DNA of 64,000 bases, taken from the IMG/VR virus record IMGVR_UViG_3300030060_002972, positions 19,748 through 83,747 of that record. One strand, written 5' to 3'. Source of the stretch: a virus. This document shows, in pieces, positions 60,480-64,000 of the stretch; position 1 is the stretch's first letter, and every line of letters begins with the position of its first letter. The notes under the pieces were generated by a model. It saw nothing but the letters and a program-made list of their open reading frames with translations, did not search any database and was not told the origin of the DNA. The translations under genes were made by a program, and so were the position numbers.

Positions 60480-60968
60480 ATGTGGTATAGAGTGCACTTA
60501 AACAGAGTACACTTTAATCCATTGGATAAAGAGGGCAAGATTGTAAGGGTCTTGTCCTCTGGTCCTACATTTAATTGTATGACAGAAACTGATGTAGAGG
60601 TTGAATTGTTATACATGTTATCAGCGCCTACTTCGGAGTTGATGCAATTTGTTAAATCCTGGACGGAACAAGATAATGCTTGGTACCAATTAGTATTTAC
60701 CAAATTGTCTAATGCTAGTAGAGCTGGCTTTACTGGCAACAAAAAAGTATTTAGTTATATGGGTTATACATTATGTCAAAGAGTAAAAGACCATATAATA
60801 TTTGAAACTAAATATATGAATATAGGTAAATTAAGTGCGTACAATCTAGAGTCTAGAGATGTACGAGAAGAAGTAAGAAATAAAAATAATCATAAAATAC
60901 CTGGTGGAGAAAAAATAAAAAAAGATTGGGTAGAAGAAAATGGTGGCGATGCAATTAAAATTAGGTGA
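60480..60968 (+). CDS. Conserved hypothetical virion-module protein
   Basis: Homolog of 19385-19861. Confidence 0.7.
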   Translation: MWYRVHLNRVHFNPLDKEGKIVRVLSSGPTFNCMTETDVEVELLYMLSAPTSELMQFVKSWTEQDNAWYQLVFTKLSNASRAGFTGNKKVFSYMGYTLCQRVKDHIIFETKYMNIGKLSAYNLESRDVREEVRNKNNHKIPGGEKIKKDWVEENGGDAIKIR

Positions 60969-61290
60969 TAATTATAAACCTATAGATGTGCACTTTGTAT
61001 CACCAGATATGTTAAACACACAAGCAAAAGAACACGGTGTGTATAACGAAAATGAACAAGTAGAAGGTTTATGGGTACCTAACAATCATTGTATTTATGT
61101 ATCAAATAATCCTAAAGTAAATACAGCAGAGTTTATTTTTATGCACGAATTAATACATTGCATAGACGACTTAACCGATATGCACGAAGAAGAAAATAAA
61201 GTTGATGCTAAAGCAAATTTATTATTAGCATTTATAAGAGAAAACAATTTTGTATTACGCAAAATTATATCAAAGGAGTTACATAAGTAA
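60940..61290 (+). CDS. Small zincin-like metallopeptidase (HExxH)
   Basis: VEGLW...IYV...FMHELIH...EEE; absent at this position in A. Confidence 0.6.
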   Translation: MVAMQLKLGDNYKPIDVHFVSPDMLNTQAKEHGVYNENEQVEGLWVPNNHCIYVSNNPKVNTAEFIFMHELIHCIDDLTDMHEEENKVDAKANLLLAFIRENNFVLRKIISKELHK

Positions 61291-62054
61291 TGAGAAGTGA
61301 ATTAAATTATGATAGAAGTAATATACGCACAAAAGTAAAAAGCATTTGTGGTAGAAACTTTAGCGGTATAGATACAGTAATAAATGACTTAATAAATGTA
61401 GCTACTGAATTATTTGGTAATACTATACAATCAGTTTATGATGAATTTGTATATACACATACAATTTCTAGTGGAGAAGTATCTGCAAAAACAGATGAAT
61501 ATAATCTACCTAATAGAACAAAAGTAATATTAGATGCATATTATATAGATGTGTCTGGTAGTGAAGAAGTTTATTATCCATTACATATACGCAGCCCTAT
61601 TGATTTTAATGAATCATCTAACTATCAATTAGGCACAACTTATGGTCGTGCAAGTTTTGATTATTCAACAGATACATTAAAGTTTGGACCAGGATATATG
61701 TCAAGTCGTGCAACTCGTGCAGACTTTGAAGGTATACCGCAGTTATGTTATAGAGTTAATAATGCATTGCACGTATATCCTAGACCAGGAAGTTCAGAGC
61801 AAGATAATAAACTTAGACTTATGTTAGGATTGTTTCCAGCAGATTTACAATCTGACAGTGATAAAAATAGTATAACAAAAAGTTATCCGCAAGCGTTGAT
61901 TACATATACTGCAGCGTTATTTTGGGGATTACATATGAATGATGCGCAAAGAGCGCAACAATATACAGCCACTGCACAAGTGCTGTTACAAAGTTTTGCA
62001 AGGCAAGACGAAATAAATAAATTAGTAAACGTAACGTTAAAGTTACCAGCATAG
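61290..62054 (+). CDS. Putative head-tail adaptor
   Basis: Homolog of 19858-20619. Confidence 0.6.
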   Translation: MRSELNYDRSNIRTKVKSICGRNFSGIDTVINDLINVATELFGNTIQSVYDEFVYTHTISSGEVSAKTDEYNLPNRTKVILDAYYIDVSGSEEVYYPLHIRSPIDFNESSNYQLGTTYGRASFDYSTDTLKFGPGYMSSRATRADFEGIPQLCYRVNNALHVYPRPGSSEQDNKLRLMLGLFPADLQSDSDKNSITKSYPQALITYTAALFWGLHMNDAQRAQQYTATAQVLLQSFARQDEINKLVNVTLKLPA

Positions 62055-62062
62055 GAGGATAC

Positions 62063-62464
62063 ATGGCAAACGCAATATACCCAGCAGCTAAAGATTCGTT
62101 TCTTAAAGGTGAAATAGATTTAATAGATGATACAATTAAAATTGCTCTGGTAGATACAGGTACTTATACCTATAATGCAGCACATGATTTTTATAATGAT
62201 TTGTCTGGTGTTATCGGTACACCAGTAGCATTAGGTAGTAAGACTGTATCATCAGGGGTATTTGATGCAGCAGATGCAACATTTACCACACCATCATCAG
62301 GTACATCTGTAGAAGCATTAATTATCTACAAAGATACAGGTAATACAGCTACAAGTAATTTAATTGCATACATTGATACAGGAACAGGATTACCATTTAC
62401 AACTAACGGAGCAGATGTAGATATAGTCTTTGATTCAGGTAGTAACAAAATTTTTGCATTATAG
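62063..62464 (+). CDS. Virion structural protein
   Basis: Homolog of 20628-21029. Confidence 0.6.
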   Translation: MANAIYPAAKDSFLKGEIDLIDDTIKIALVDTGTYTYNAAHDFYNDLSGVIGTPVALGSKTVSSGVFDAADATFTTPSSGTSVEALIIYKDTGNTATSNLIAYIDTGTGLPFTTNGADVDIVFDSGSNKIFAL

Positions 62465-62488
62465 GGTACACGTACCCGAGGAGTTAGC

Positions 62489-62647
62489 ATGGCAAAACCA
62501 GGTTTATACGCAAATATAAATAAAAGAAAAAAAGCAGGAACAAGTAGAAGTAAAAAGAATTCTACAATATCTGCAAAAGCATATGCAAATATGAAAGCAG
62601 GATTCCCTAACAGTAAAAAGAATAAAAAGAAACGTAACAAAGCATGA
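62489..62647 (+). CDS. Small basic protein MAKPGLYANINKRKK (52 aa)
   Basis: Read manually; GAGGAG RBS. Confidence 0.65.
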   Translation: MAKPGLYANINKRKKAGTSRSKKNSTISAKAYANMKAGFPNSKKNKKKRNKA

Positions 62648-62796
62648 AGAAAAAATTAACGCAAAGACAAGAAGCAGCATTGAAACGTCACAGTGTACAT
62701 CACACAAAATCAGTGTTAGCAAAAATGAGGAGACAAATGGAGCGAGGTATGAGTTTTACAAAAGCACATAAAAATGCTCCTAAGAAAAAAACATGA
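62644..62796 (+). CDS. Small basic protein MKKKLTQRQEAALKRHSVHHT (50 aa)
   Basis: Read manually; ATGA overlaps on both sides. Confidence 0.6.
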   Translation: MKKKLTQRQEAALKRHSVHHTKSVLAKMRRQMERGMSFTKAHKNAPKKKT

Positions 62797-63605
62797 GTAT
62801 AGCAGGAACACTACAAGACTCAGTAAATATTAGATATGTATTTACCATTAGTGGTACACCTACAACTGTAAATGGTGCAGATGATAATAGTAGAACATTA
62901 GCATATACAGCAGGACAAGCAGATGTATATTTGAATGGTGTAAAGCAAGTAGTAGGTACAGATGTTACAGCTACTAATGGTAGCAGTGTAGTTTTTGCTA
63001 GTGCACTTGCAGCAAATGATATAGTAGAAGTTGTAGCGTTTGATACATTTCAAGCAGCTAATGTAGACGCAGGAGCAGTAGCATCTGGTACGTTGTCTAA
63101 TGATAGATTACCTACTATAGATGATAGTAAGTTAGGAGCTGGTTCTATATTACAAGTCGTATCTACAACTAAGACAGATACATTTACAACAACTACTACT
63201 GAAACTTTTGTAGATATAACAGGTCTAAGTGTAGACATTACACCAAGGTCTACTAGCAGTAAAATACTTATTATAGCAGATACACAAATGAGTGGTAACG
63301 AATTGTTTTTTATTCAATTGGTAAGAGGTAGTACAGCAATTAAAGTAGGAGATTCTGATTCAGCAAACAGAGTTGAATGTTCTCAAGGTGGAGTATTTCA
63401 GGCATCTAATAATGACAAAGTTGCTCCTATGGTAATAAACTTTTTAGATTCACCTAACACAACAAGTGAAACAACATATAAACTACAAGGTAGAATTTAT
63501 GGAAGCTCTAAGACATTAACAGTAAATAGAACTTTTAATGATGCAAATACTACATATTCAGGCAGAGGAGCAAGTACAATAACAGTAATGGAGGTTCAAG
63601 GATAA
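62793..63605 (+). CDS. Tail fibre/appendage protein (single N-terminal domain)
   Basis: Homolog of 21559-22617 lacking one repeat. Confidence 0.7.
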   Translation: MSIAGTLQDSVNIRYVFTISGTPTTVNGADDNSRTLAYTAGQADVYLNGVKQVVGTDVTATNGSSVVFASALAANDIVEVVAFDTFQAANVDAGAVASGTLSNDRLPTIDDSKLGAGSILQVVSTTKTDTFTTTTTETFVDITGLSVDITPRSTSSKILIIADTQMSGNELFFIQLVRGSTAIKVGDSDSANRVECSQGGVFQASNNDKVAPMVINFLDSPNTTSETTYKLQGRIYGSSKTLTVNRTFNDANTTYSGRGASTITVMEVQG

Positions 63606-63898
63606 TGGACATAATATCAGCAATTTTAGCTCTAGACCCAAATGCACAAGTAAGTGTAAATGGAGAAAGTTTAGACGGTATTATATGGCATGACGGTAAT
63701 CCTAATAACATTACTAATGACCAGATAACTGCAAAACAAGCAGAGTTAAAAACAATCTATGATTCTTTGCAATATCAAAGAGATAGAAAATTAGAATATC
63801 CAAGCATAGAAGACCAATTAGATGACTTGTATCATAATGGTATAGATGGGTGGAAAACAACAATAAAAGCAGTAAAAGACAAATATCCAAAGGGGTAG
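63605..63898 (+). CDS. Putative tail fibre assembly chaperone
   Basis: Homolog of 22617-22910. Confidence 0.65.
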   Translation: MDIISAILALDPNAQVSVNGESLDGIIWHDGNPNNITNDQITAKQAELKTIYDSLQYQRDRKLEYPSIEDQLDDLYHNGIDGWKTTIKAVKDKYPKG

Positions 63899-63901
63899 TG
63901 C

Positions 63902-64000
63902 ATGAGTAAAGCAAGAGAATTAGGTAACTATACAGGTAAAATACTACAAACAGTAAGAGGCGAGTTGACTACAAAATTTGCATCTTCTGCTACTGCTAGT
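63902..64000 (+). CDS. Start of the homolog of 22914-23432 (truncated)
   Basis: MSKARELGNYTGKILQTVRGELTTKFASSATAS. Confidence 0.8.
   Translation, partial: MSKARELGNYTGKILQTVRGELTTKFASSATAS

Larger units (their letters stand above)
29205..62477. repeat. Dispersed inverted repeat GGGTAC-N1-3-GTACCC
   Basis: Perfect copies start at 29205, 39477, 43329, 45821, 47844, 50575, 51317, 52163, 52438, 52562, 58467, 62464. Confidence 0.9.
22957..63944. mobile_element. Phage genome unit B, probably one complete circularly permuted ~41 kb podovirus-like genome
   Basis: Bounded by a 56-bp identical repeat (22957-23012 = 63945-64000). Contains one full set of tail, replication, packaging and head genes and all GGGTAC-Nx-GTACCC motifs seen. 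Confidence 0.6.

Noticed and set aside
1-64000. Simple concatemer of one genome
   Set aside because: The copies differ extensively in protein sequence and gene content.

Overview
The whole window is AT-rich tailed-phage DNA with no host genes, integrase, RNA polymerase or tRNA that I could see. It holds two related but clearly different genomes head to tail with a period of about 41 kb. Unit A (1 to ~23 kb) has a minus-strand early/replication module (Cas4-like exonuclease, UDG-fused family A DNA polymerase, primase, DnaB helicase, MoxR AAA plus VWA pair), a divergent control region, and a plus-strand packaging/head module. A podovirus-like tail/ejection module follows (23-41.6 kb). After a terminator come a second, diverged replication module, control region and head module (unit B, 41.7-64 kb). 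The last 56 bp of the window are identical to 22957-23012. Sequence signatures suggest the tail module belongs to B, so 22957-63944 (40,988 bp) looks like one complete circularly permuted genome B joined to genome A, either as a real co-integrate or as an assembly chimera. Main novel signals: (1) a B-specific inverted repeat GGGTAC-N1-3-GTACCC (12 perfect and about 5 near-perfect copies, many inside coding sequence) whose density rises toward an orphan gene at 52.5 kb; (2) a covarying GAGA-tetraloop RNA structure just upstream of both terminase large genes; (3) a family of covarying TAC-loop hairpins in front of the early genes of A; (4) a conserved C-tract/G-quadruplex-like motif in both control regions. 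All calls were made by eye from motifs, without database searches.
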